A stretch of 64,000 bases of DNA from Geosiphon pyriformis uo1 (lineage: Eukaryota > Fungi > Glomeromycota): NCBI GenBank assembly GCA_016748015.1, contig JAAOMT010000034.1, positions 372,001-436,000 on the forward strand, read 5' to 3'. The notes under the pieces are model-generated. The model did not search any database. It was given only the letters and a program-made list of their open reading frames with translations, and was not told the DNA's origin. Made by a program: the position numbers and the translations under genes. Shown here piece by piece: positions 23,641 to 35,890 of the stretch (its first letter is position 1; every line of letters begins with the position of its first letter).

Positions 23641-26028
23641 GAAATAACACAGTAACAACAACTTCAAAAGTGGTGATTCAAACAGATTCAAGAACTCTAG
23701 AGTATTATCAGTCAATCTACACTCACTGTAAGCAGAGATTTAACATCCTAGACGGAATTGAAACATTCAAGAAAACACTTTACCAGTACATTGAAAATCG
23801 CATCAACAATTATCTTTTTGGAGACTACAATATTTCAGAAGTTAGACACAACTTATATGAAAGCTTAATACATCACTCTCGTCTAAACACTCAGGATTTT
23901 AACAGTCAAACACTTGAAACATACTTCCAAGAACTCAACTTCAATATCATTCAGTATTGTAAAGAGAATTACCCAGTAGAACAGAAATTTTCTCTTAGTT
24001 TTGAATTGGAAACAGAAGAAGGAAAAGGAAAAAGGAAACAAAAACTCAAAACTACTCCCAATACACCTAAAACCACTGCCAAACATTTACAAACTCCAGA
24101 ACAAGGAACCAGCTTTAAATTACCACTCTTAATCACACCATTTCCAGCTTCACTTGCTCAACCGCAAACACCAAGCTCACTACTTATTCAGTTTTCAAGA
24201 ATAGAAGATTTTCAGTCACCCAAAAGCCTTATTCAACAACAGGAACCAATATTAACCAGCACAAACCTTATTGACTACTTAACAGAAAATCAAAGTGAAG
24301 AGACCGAATCAGAACAAGAAACAGAAGACTCAGAAAACGAAGAAGAAATGGCCTCCACATATATTGCAAAAATTCCTGAGTTCACAGAAGAAGACAGCGA
24401 AACCAGTTCTCAAGAATGACTTGACAAAGTCTCAAAAGCAGAAGATGCAAATGGTTGGAATGCTGCCAGAATGTTAAAAGCAATTTCATACTTCTTACAA
24501 AAAACGGCTGGTGAATGGTTTGAAAACTTGGAAGTCCCATCAGAACACTGGAAAGCATTCAAAACTGCTTTTCTAGAACAGTTTACTGACAATAACACTT
24601 CCATTACCCTTTGAAATCAGTTCCGAAATATCAAGCAAGAACCAAGTGAATTAGTTATGACCTATTTTGGGAAATTCAACAAACTGTTTAGAAGGATTTG
24701 CCAATTAGAAACCAATGAATACTACTCCAATGCACAAATCTTGGATCAATTCATTGCTGAACTAAAAGACAAACTTATCAAGAAAGTTAGCCCACATGCA
24801 CCAGAAGATTTAGCCACTGCTATTCAACAGGCAAAAAACTATGAAATAGCCATAGAAGAAGCCAACTGTACCAAACTTGTTAACCTGGCTATTGGAGAAA
24901 CCAGCTCAGCAGCTGAAGAAAAGATTGACCAATTAACCAAGAAAGTTGAAAACTATTTCACCAACCAACAGCAACAACAGCAGCCACAGTAATTACAACA
25001 ATCACAAAGATACCAACCCCCACAACAATGCAATCAAAACAACTTCGGACCACCATCCAACAACCAAATCCAAAATTGTCATTATTGTGGAATTCCAGGA
25101 CACTGAAAACGTGATTGTAGAAAATTGCAATGAGACCAACAACAGAGAAATAATCAATGTTATTCCCAACCACAACAATCATATTATCCACCACCACCAG
25201 CTCAATATTTACCAAGACCACAATATCCAAACCACTATTATCAACCTGCTTCACAACCAATCCAACAACAGTATCAACAATCATCCAAATCACAATATCA
25301 AGTGCCAGCTAGAAGATTGATTCAACATAATCAATTTACACCACAAAACCGTTTTTCAACAAACAACAACAGATTAAATTCCAACAACCAATTAACCACT
25401 CAAAATTCGAATCAACATAGACCCACATACTATTACACTCAACCCAGTTATCTTACAATACCAAAGGAATCAAATTTTCAGTAAACTGCACTTTTTGAAG
25501 GTGAAGCTGTAGCACCAAGACAAAACCCTTTCAACAATACTATCCCACCAGCCAGAATTGCCTGAAATGCCAATCTTTCAGACATCTTTCCATTCGAATT
25601 TGAAGCCAATGAATCACCATCTCTACTCAGCAATGTAGCAGTTAATGAACAAAAAGCTATTACAGCAATGTATACTGAAGCTGAAGTAGAAGGAAAACAA
25701 ATTTGCTTAATATTAGACAGTGAATCTGCTGGAAGTATTATCACCTACCAATTAATACAACAGCTTCAACAAACTGTTGACAGACCAGCTCAAACTGTCA
25801 TCGTTATGACAGATGGTATGAAAAAGACACCAGTAGAAGAAATTGATAATTTTCCATTCACTATTGATGGAATCACTATTCCAATTAAAGTTTTAGTCAT
25901 GGATGCACCCCAATACCAAGCTCTCGTCGGAAATAATTGGTTTCTCAAGGCCAATGCAAATTTAGATTGGGAAACTCAGGAATTAAAAATCTTATATTAA
26001 GGACAACACACTATAGTATCTGTTATAT

Positions 26029-27017
26029 TGTTACTGGAGGTTTTTGGTTTCTTTTCTTAAATGTTGTTGATGTTGATTTGCTGTGAATTCATGTTTCCAG
26101 GAAGTAGTTGAACCTCCAGTAACTGAATTTATCTTCAAATTATTTCCTATAATTTGAACTGCTGGGCTTATAAGTAGAATGGCCAATTTCATGCCAGTTG
26201 CTTTGTGTAGTTACATTGTAGTAAACATCAACTTTTTCCCAGAAATTGCTTGTCTGGAAGCTCACTAAAAATGTGTAGTTACTTTGCTGTGAAAGTCAAC
26301 TCTTCTACAGAAATCTCGTCTATAGGCTACCTTAATGATTATAATAAGAAAACAAAAAAAAGAAAATAAAAAAAATATAAAAAAAATAGAATTCTGTCAA
26401 GAGAAACATTTTCTATTCAGGCCTGGAGTCACTAACAGTTTGCTGAAATTGGTAGCTAATCAATTTCAAAATGTTAGTTGGGTTTTTGGAGATTTTCTAA
26501 GTGCAATATTTAAAGAAATTGGTTTTTCGAATTATTTGATATTTATTTCTTTTTGTGTGTATAGGAATGGTTCTAAGTGATAAATCTAAAGTAAGATAAG
26601 ATATATTTTCTCAAAGAGAAAAGCTCTTCTTTTATACAATTTGTTGTAACACTATTTTATAAACTTGAACTTTGCTATTTTCTACAATTTTGCTGAACTA
26701 AAAATACATTTTGGCGAACTACAAGTTATTTCTGCGAACTATTAGATATTTTGGTAAACTATCAATTATTTCGGCAAATTTCTACAAATTTTGGCGAACT
26801 TTTTGAATGTTATATAGTTTGGAGTATTGCATGATTGATCATCACAATTAGGTTACATTTGTGTTATATACAAATTGGGTTATTAATTAAATAATAATTT
26901 CGGATATTTTGTTAATGTAATAAGTGATAATTTGAAATAATAATATATGCTAATTAATAATAAGATTTATAAGGGTAATTTCATGCTAAACAATATCTCT
27001 AATTTCGTCTGGTAACA
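26029..27017 (-). repeat. 3' LTR of element B
   Basis: TGTTAC...GGTAACA termini, matches 34902-35890. Confidence 0.96.
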
Positions 27018-27705
27018 TAACCTTCTTCTTAAAACTAAGCTCCATTGAAGTCCAAGTACTGTCTGTAATTTCCAGATAATAATCCAAAATTATTAAAGAA
27101 ATTTGGTCTGAAAATTGTTGAAATTTCAGTTCTGTAAGCTTTCCAATGTATTGAATTTTCAAAGGTTGTAAAATTGGGTTTTGTAAGACGTTTTCACAAG
27201 TGTAGAATAAGTCATAAAGTCTAAGAGCAGCTCTGAGCTTGTAATGACTGTTTGTTGGTCCAGATGTTGTTTTGAATTCATTGTGGAGTTGTTTCTGAAT
27301 AGCTTCTTTTGTGAGGTTTGCTGTTGTAAGTTCCAGTTTTTGTTCATAGAGTGTTTTTTCAATGTGAAAATATCTATATATTGGGGGGTATTTGCTGTTT
27401 TCTTTATTAAGACACAGTTGAAGTTTTTGTTGAATAGTAGCATTTAGTGGAACACTAATAGGAGTGAGTAATAAGTTTTCTCTTAAAGCAAGCTTCAAAA
27501 GTTCTGATAGGTAAATTCCAGAATAACTTCTTGTGTTTTTTCTATAAGAGTGATACTTCCGTGAATTTGGGGCTAAATTTGTAACTACTCCTGTTTGGGT
27601 ATAATTAATGTGGTTTTCAGTAATAGTAATGGATAATTTGGGTATTGTTTTTAAAGCTAGCATTAGTTTTTGAGATAATTGTTGAATATTTTGAGGGATA
27701 GTCAT
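26986..27705 (-). CDS. Element B accessory ORF3, 239 aa, unknown function
   Basis: Intact, closely similar to 40681-41400. Confidence 0.85.
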   Translation of the reverse strand: MTIPQNIQQLSQKLMLALKTIPKLSITITENHINYTQTGVVTNLAPNSRKYHSYRKNTRSYSGIYLSELLKLALRENLLLTPISVPLNATIQQKLQLCLNKENSKYPPIYRYFHIEKTLYEQKLELTTANLTKEAIQKQLHNEFKTTSGPTNSHYKLRAALRLYDLFYTCENVLQNPILQPLKIQYIGKLTELKFQQFSDQISLIILDYYLEITDSTWTSMELSFKKKVMLPDEIRDIV

Positions 27706-27857
27706 TATAAAAATTGGAATGAAAAGAACTAGATTGAATTTATTTTTGATATATAAGGTTTTTATGTTATTTTTGTCTTCCAGTGTGTTTTGTTTTGTTT
27801 TTGTTTTTGTAAAATCATTTTTTATAAATTATAAAAGAATAACTATAGTAAATTAAA

Positions 27858-29243
27858 TTAAGTGTTCAAGTTTGGAGATTGTTCAATGACAACTATTGGT
27901 TCTAAGTTTCGGGGAATATCTTCGGGATTGATTAAAGGAGAATGTGTACCAATTTGTGGAATTAATGGTTCAGGATTGTTTCTGGAATTATAGTGTTTCA
28001 AACAATCTCCATGTGCAACTTTTGCTAGGATTTTGTTATCAAGTCTTAGCTTGTATGATCCATTGCCTAGAACTTTATGGATAAAGAATGGTTCATCCCA
28101 TTTATTTTCAAATTTCCCACTCCATTGTTTTTCAGCTTTAGTTCTGTGTAAAAAAACTTTGTTTCCAATTTTAAATTTATTGGTGACTGGTGGCAATTTG
28201 TTGTCATGCCATTTTTTTTGTTGAGCTTGGGAGTGTTCAATATGGGTGGCTGTTATTCGTCGTTTTCTTTCCAATGTGCTAAGAAGATTGTAGACTCTTC
28301 ATCAAAGTGTTTCCTGAAAGTTTTTTTTATTGATTGGCTGCACTGAATATGGTTCCACAGTAAAATTAATTGGTAACATTGCTGTCCTTCCATAGGTTAA
28401 ATCAAATAGTGTGTGTTTTGTGGTATCTTGTTTTAGTGTCTTATATGCTAGTAACACTGATGGAATAAAGATATCCCATTCTTGCTCAAAATCGGTTGAG
28501 ATTTTGGCTAATGATTTACACAGTGTCCTATTGAAATGTTCTACAAGCCCATTTGTTTGTGAATGGTAGGGCAAAGATAATAGTCTTTTAACATTAAATT
28601 GTTCACAAATTTCCTGGATTAAATTGTTCACAAAATGTGTTCCTTGATCAGATAAAAGTTCTATTGGGCATCCATGTCTACAAATAATGTCTTCGTAGAT
28701 AAAGTTTGCTACTGATTTCACATCTGCTCATTGAATGGCTCTGACTTCAGGCCATTTGGTGAGATAGTTTACAGCTATTGCAATATAACGGTTTCCTTGG
28801 TTTGTGATAGGTAGTGGTCTGACTAAATTGATACCAACTCAGTCAAAAGACTGTTCAACTTTGATTGGGTTTAAAAGTTCTGTAGAGCAAGTTCCTCTTC
28901 TTCTTTGACAACTATCACAAGACTTAACATATTCATGAATGTTTTTTCTCATTTGAGGCCAAAAATAATATTCTAGTGTTCTCTGGGTGGTGCTGTCTTT
29001 TTCTAGGTGTGCTGATGAAAGATCTGAGTGCATGTTATATAAAATGGTTTTTTTTTCATGTTCTTGTATTAATCTGAGCGGACTGTCTGGATTTCTGAAG
29101 TTTTGATAATAAATAATGTTGTTGTGTAGAAAATATTGTTTGGCTTTTTGTTTTAATTGGTGTTTTTCATCTGAAAACCAATCTGTTGGGATTGTTAGTG
29201 TCTTCAAATATTGTTTAAGATTGTTGTAGTTTTCAGAGTTCAT
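27858..29243 (-). pseudogene. Element B stand-alone integrase ORF (461 codons)
   Basis: ATG at 29243 in context ACAATGA. HHCC, LLSDQGTHF, NGLVE and GPF-module remnant. Contains internal stops. Confidence 0.9.
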
Positions 29244-29299
29244 TGTTTGTTGTTGTTTTTTTTTTTACTGCTAATTCGAATGGGTGTTGGTTTTGTGTT

Positions 29300-32200
29300 C
29301 TAATCTTGCCTCATTCTTGAGAGACAATTAATATTGGTGTGGAATTTTTCTGGTTTGTGATGTACAATGTATTAGTAGTTGGCTAAAAATCCTGTCCATC
29401 GGGTTTGTTTGGCATTCAGCTGAGTGTTTTTGTTTTGAAGCCATTTGAGTCTAATATTATCAGTAATAATGTCGAATTCTTTAGGCCTGAGATAAAGGTT
29501 GAAGTGGTGTAAGGCCCAAATTATGGCTGCTGTTTCTAGTTCTGTGGCAGGGTAGTTTTTCTCAGCTGGTTTTAATGTTTTGCTAGTATAAGCAATTACT
29601 CACTCATTTCCATTGTCATCTAATTGAGATAAGATGGCACCAAAGGCAGTGTAAGAAGCATCTGTAGCTAGTCAAAATCGGTTACTGAAGTCTGGGTAGG
29701 TGAGAATTAGAGCTGTTGTCAGCTTTTTCTTGAGAATTTCAAAAGCTTTTTGGTGTTTTTCCATCCATTTGTATTCGACATTTTTAGTAGTGAGCTGGTT
29801 GAAGGGTTTTGGGATTTCTGAGAATCCTTTAATAAATTTTCGGTAATAGGATGCTAATCCAATAAATCCTCTTAATTCTGTGGTATTTCGTGGAGTTTTA
29901 AAGTTTTTGACAGTGCTGATTTTTCCGGGGTCTGGTTTAATTCCATCTTTGCTAACAATGTGACCAAGAAAGGCCAAACTTGTTTTTCCAAAGTAGCATT
30001 TTTTAATGTTCAGTTTCAATCCTGCTTTCTGTAATAGTTGAAAAACTTTGCACAGGTGTTTTAAGTGTAATTCAAAAGATGGTAAATAAACATCAGTATC
30101 ATCAAGATAGACAACTACTGATTTCCAAAGGAGGCCTTTGTAAACAATGTCCATGAGTTTTTGAAATGTTGCTGGTGCATTGCATAATCTGAAAGGTATT
30201 ACATTGAACTTGTAATTTCCTTCTTGAGTGGTGAATGCTGTTTTGGGGCAATCTTTAGGATCCATGGCAACTTGTCAGTATCTATTTTCTAAATCTAATG
30301 TTGAAAAGTATTTGGACTTCCCAAGAGCATCTAGCATGTTGTCAATTTGGGGAAGAGAGTAAGCATCTCCAATGGTGATACTGTTGAGTTGTCAATAATC
30401 AACACAAAATTGTATCTTTCCATTTTTCTTTTTAACTAAGACCACAGGTGAAGCCTATAGACTCATTAATGATTGAATAAGCCCATTGTTAAGCTCTTCT
30501 TGGATAAATTGGTAACTTTCTGGAGCAACTCAGTAGGCTTGTTGTTGCCTTGGTTTGGCATCTCCTGTATAGATTTAGTGTTGAACCAAATCAGTTCTTC
30601 CTAAGTCATTGTTGTTTTTGGCAAAGATATCGGCAAATTCTGCAATTAGCTCTTTAAGCTGGTTCTGTTGTTGTGATTCAAGTTGTCTTATGTTGATTCG
30701 AGATAGTTTTTCTATGACAACATGGTAGTTTTTAGAGCTGGGGTTTGGATTGATTTTTGGTAGTAAATGTCCAATAATTTCAGAGAAATCAGGGACTGTT
30801 TGGAGTAATTCTTGTTGAAAGATATTACTGTGAATAATTCCAATTTCTAAGTTATTTAATAAAACTATGGGGAAATTGTTGGGATTGTAAAAAGTAATTC
30901 GGATTTTCTTTGTTCCTTCTGGAATATAAATGTTTGGGATCGAGATATTATATTCCAAGCAGATTTGTTCATTAGACTCAAAAATTTTGTTGTGTGGTTG
31001 TTGGCTTTTCACAAGTGTAAATTTCAGGGTGTTCTTCAAAGGATGAAATGGTAATTGGTTGTGGAAGTCGTAAAATCTGGTGAGATTCTTTCTGTTCATT
31101 GAGGGGTATGTTTACTGGAACTGTAAATCATTCAGTTGAACCAAAACCTTGGGTTCTTTTTTCACTTTTTCCCAATAGTTCTTTTTGATTGACTAATTGT
31201 AAACCCAAAATGTTGATTAAGAGTAAATAAATAGCTTGGGCAATTTTCTCAGCATGTTCAATCTTAAATGGCTTGTCAGTTTCATTTTGGAGTATTATTG
31301 TTATGTTACCAGTATATCCAACATTGATTATTCCTTCTCTAACATTGATTCCTTTGCTTGCCAGAGAGGACCAGGAGGTAATTTGAACTATTGCTTCTGG
31401 CAGAATTTCGAAAGCAATTTTAAGGTTGATTTTTGTAAGAAATTTGGGTTTGAGAACAAGTGTATTCTTGTCTAAATATCTTAGGTCATATCCAGCATCA
31501 CTTTTATGTGCTTTTTTGGGTTTTATTCCTTGTCCATTGTTGTTGAAGTATTTGAGTTGTGAAGCAGACTGATTTTTGATAAGATAGATGGATGTGGCTT
31601 TTATTTTTTCTGTTGCTTCAAGTTCTCCAAATTCAATTTTATATTCGTCACTTTTACTGGGTAATGGAATGCTAAGGACATAGCATTCAGAACACCATTG
31701 TTCATCACAAGACATTATGCATTCCTCACATAATTTAATGTTTATTTGCTCTAGCTGTTAAGCTTGAGCTTTTTTGGTTAGGTAGGTGTGACTGGCAATT
31801 TGGTGATATACTTCTATTTCATCTTTGTAGTTGTATTCAGCAATTTCAAAGGTGTATGCAATGTATTCTGATTCTTTCATTTGATGAATATTTTCTTGAG
31901 TGGTTCCATTGATTAAAGCCATTGCTAGATCAAAAATCATTTTGGCATCGTAAGGGTAATGGTACAGTTTGTTGAGAGCGCTGTTGTAAGCAGCATTAAA
32001 AAGTGTTCCTCTTTTGACTTTTTCCGAAATTGATAAAGCATATTGGCAGGTTTGATCACAGACTCTTCCTCTTATTGCTACATCAATCCAATTGCATTCT
32101 TCTGGTAGCATATCTTCACAAGTCAAACAAGAAGTATTGTCCTATTTTCCACTTCTTTTTATTAGGTGGCCCTATCGTTCTCTGTGGCAAGTCTTGCAGT

Positions 32201-34856
32201 AATAACAAGTATGATTTTTATATTCTTCTTCAGGTGAAATGCAGGCTCTCATTGATAAAAGCTTCTTGTGGCAATCTTTGCATTTAAGTAGAATGTAGGG
32301 GCGTCATTTCCTTGGTTCAGACTTTGAGTAAGGGATATTCTATCCAGGAGTTTCAGGTTCAGAGTGTGGAGTAAAATGTTCTTGTTCAGTTTCATTGGCC
32401 CAATTGGACATTGATCCAAGAGCCATGAATGTTTTGATTATTGGTTTTTCTTCTTCTGGTTCAAATTCAAAAGCCGGGGCTTTTTTGGAGTGTTTGTTGA
32501 ATGTACCACAAGTGGCAGGTACTCAGACGTGTTGTCCTTAGTAGGAGATTGTTAACTCTTATGTCTCCCAACTCAGATTAGCATTGGCTTTTTGGAGCCA
32601 ATCATTTCTGATGAAAGCTTGGTATTGGGGAGCATTCATGACCAGAACTTTGACTGGAATGGTAATTCCATCAATTGTGAATGGGAAGTTGTCAATCTCT
32701 CCTACTGGAGTCTTTTTTATGCCATCAGCAGTGACAATGATTGTCTGAGCTGGTTGGTCAACATTTCTTTTTAGCTGCTGCATCAATTGATATGTGATAA
32801 TGCTTCTGGCAGATCCACTGTCTAAGATCAAGCAAATTGGCTTTTTTTCTACTTCAGCTTCTATGTATATTGCAGTGATGGCTTTTTGCTTGTTAGCTGC
32901 TGCATTGCTAAGCAAGAATAGTGATTCATTTGCTTCAAATTTGAAAGGGAATATATCTGAAAGGTTGGCGTTTTCAGCAATTCTGGCTGGTAGGATTATG
33001 ATAAAAGTATAGGAAGGGTTTTGTTGTTGTGCTGCAGCCCTACCTTCCGACAGTGCAGTATGGTGAAAATTCTGTTCTTCAGGTATTGTAAGATAGCTAG
33101 GTTGAGTATGATAGTAGTTGGGTCTTGGTTGAGCTGAATTTTGGGGAACCAATTGGTTGTTCAAATTGGTTCTATTGTTGTTTACTTGGTATCAGTTTTG
33201 TGATGTGAATTGATTTTGTGGAATTAATCTTCGAGCAGGCACTTGATAATATTGTGTGGGTGGTTGTTGGTATTGCTGTTGAATTGGCTGTGGGGTGGGC
33301 TGATAATAGTTACTTTGGTATTGGAGTCTTGGTGGATAGTAAGCTGGTGGTAGTAGTTGATAATAAGATTGCTGTGGTGGAGAGTAATGTTGATTACTTC
33401 TATTTTGTTGATCTTGTTGTAGCTTTCTGCAATCTCTTTTCCAGTGGCCAGGGATTCTACAGTAATGGCAATTCTGAGGCTGGTTATTAGAAAATGATGC
33501 AAAATTATTTTGATTTCGTTTTTGGGATGGTTGATATCTTTGGGGTTGCTGTTGTTGTTGGTTGGTGAAATAGTTTTCAACTTTTTTAGTTAATTGGTCA
33601 ATCTTTTTTTCAGCTGCTGAGCTGGTTTCTCCAATAGCCAGATTAACAAGTTTGGTACGGTTGGCTTCTTCTATGGCCATTTCATAGTTTTTCATCTGTT
33701 GAATAGCAGTGGCTAAATCTTCTGGTGCATATGAGCAAACTTTCTTAATGAGTTTGTCTTTTAGTCCAGCAATGAATTGATCCAAGATTTGTGCATTGGA
33801 GTAGTATTCATTGGTTTCCAATTGGTGAATCCTTTTAAGCAGTTTGTTAAATTTTCCAAGATAGGTCATAATTGATTCACTTGGTTCTTGCTTGATATTT
33901 TGGAACCAATTTCGAAGGGTAATGGAAGTGTTATTGTCAGTGAACTGTTCTAGAAAAGCAGTTTTGAATGCTTCCCAGTGTTCTGGTAAGGCTTCCAAGT
34001 TTTCAAACCATTCACCAGCCATTCCTTGTAATAAATATGAAATTGCTTTTAACATTCTGGCAGTGTTCCAACCATTTGCATCTCCTGCTTTTGAGACTTT
34101 GTCAAGCCATTCTTGAGGACTGGTTTCGCTGTCTTTTTCTGTGAACTCAGGGATTTTTGCAATATATGTGGAGGCCATTTCTTTTTCATTTTCTGAGTCT
34201 TCTGTTTCTTGTTCTGATTCAGTTTCTTCACTTTGATTTTCTGCTAAGTAGTCAATAAGGTTTGTGCTGATTAATATTGGTTTCTGTTGTTGAATAGAGC
34301 TTTTGGGTGACTGAAAATCTTCTATTCTTAAAAACCGAATAAGTGGCGAGCTTGGTGTTTGCAGTTGAGCAAGTGAAGCTAAAAATGGTGTGATTGAGAG
34401 TGGTAATTTAAAGCTGGTTCTTTGTTCTGGAGTTTGTAAATGTTTGGCAGTGGTTTTAGGTGTATTGGAAGTAGTTCTGAGTTTTTGTTTCCTTTTTCCT
34501 TTTCCTTCTTCTGTTTCCAATTCAAAACTAAGAGAAAATTTCTGTTTTACTAGGTAATTCTCTTTACAATACTGAATGATATTGAAGTTGAGTTCTTGGA
34601 AGTATGTTTCAAGTGTTTGACTGTTAAAATCCTGAGTGTTTAGACAAGAGTGATGTATTAAGCTTTCATATAAGTTGTGTCTAACTTCTGAAATGTTGTA
34701 ATTTCTAAAAAGATAATTGTTGATGCGATTTTCAATGTATTGGTAAAGTGTTTTCTTGAATGTTTTAATTCCGTCTGAGATGTTAAATTTCTGCTTGCAG
34801 TGAGTGTAGATTGACTGGTAATACTCTAGAGTTGTTGCGTCTGGTGTGGTCACCAC
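29300..34856 (-). pseudogene. Element B polyprotein: N-extension, Gag, protease, Cys-rich domain, dUTPase, RT, RNase H
   Basis: GTG at 34856 and ATG at 34178. CHYCRIPGHWKRDC, ILDSGS, DAGYDL...GYTGNI...IAQ...QGFGST, YLDD. Ends SRMRQD-TAG at 29302-29300. Gag, PR, Cys domain and dUTPase fragments are all in one frame. Confidence 0.92.
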
Positions 34857-34901
34857 TTTAAAGTTGTTTTTGCTGTGTTGTTTCTGTAGAAGAGCACCAA
34901 A

Positions 34902-35890
34902 TGTTACCAGAAGTTTTGGGTCTCTTTTTTTAAATGTTGTTAATGATGATTTGCTGTGAATTCACGTTTCCAGGAAGTAGTTGGACCTCCAGTAACTGAA
35001 TTTATCTTCAAATTGTTTTCTATAATTTGAACTGCTGGGCTTATAAGTGGAATGACCAATTCTATGCCAGTTGCTTTGTGTAGTTACATTGTAGTAAATG
35101 TCAACTCTTTCCCAGAAATTGCTCGTCTGAAAGCTCACTAAAAATGTGTAGTTACTTTGCTGTGAAAGTCAACTCTTCTATAAGAATCTCATCTGTAGGC
35201 TACCTTAATGATTATAATAAGAAAATAAAAGAAAGAAAATAAAAGAAATATAAAAGAAATAGAATTCTGTCAAGAGAAACGTTTTCTATCCAGATCTGGA
35301 GTTACTAACAGTTTACTGAAATTGGTAGTTAATCAATTTCAAAATGTTAGTTGGGTTTTTGGAGATTTTCTAAGTGCAATATTTAAAGAAATTGGTTTTT
35401 CGAATTATTTGATATTTATTTCTTTTTGTGTGTATAGGAATGGTTCTAAGTGATAAATCTAAAGTAAGATAAGATATATTTTCTCGAAAAAAGAAGCTCT
35501 TCTTTTATACAATTTGTCGTAACACTATTTTATGAACTTGAACTTTGCTATTTTCTACAATTTTGCTGAACTAAAGATACATTTTGGCAAATTACAAGTT
35601 ATTTCTGCAAACTATTAGATATTTTGGTGAACTATCAATTATTTCAGCAAATTTCTACAAATTTCAGTGAACTTTTTGAATGTTGCATAGTTCGGGGTAT
35701 TGCATGATTGATCATCACAATTAGGTTACATTTATGTTATGTACAAATTGGGTTATTAATTAAATGATAATTTCGGACATTTTGTTAATGTAATAAGTAA
35801 TAATTTGAAATAATAATATATGCTAATTAATGATAAAAATTATAAAGATAATTTCATGCTAAATAATATCTCTAATTTTGTCTAATAACA
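34902..35890 (-). repeat. 5' LTR of element B
   Basis: Followed on the minus strand by PBS TTTGGTGCTCT. Confidence 0.96.

Larger units (their letters stand above)
26029..35890 (-). mobile_element. Ty3/Gypsy-like LTR retrotransposon B, full length, nested antisense in element A just after its protease
   Basis: Two 989-bp LTRs. TSD ATAT (26025-26028) versus ACGT (35891-35894). The host frame resumes as ACG TGT GGA. PBS and PPT present. Confidence 0.97.

Noticed and set aside
23626-23645. Assigning the primer tRNA
   Set aside because: TGGTGCTCT fits several tRNAs ending in GCACCA (for example Met, Ile or Thr types); the host tRNA set is needed.
24946-25484. Alternative-frame His/Asn-rich and Val-rich ORFs over gag
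   Set aside because: By-products of CAA-rich low-complexity coding sequence.
33165-33200. Programmed gag/pol readthrough or frameshift at the stop ending the 554-aa ORF
   Set aside because: Downstream PR is in the same frame and A has a sense codon (CGT) at the equivalent position, so the TGA is a decay mutation.
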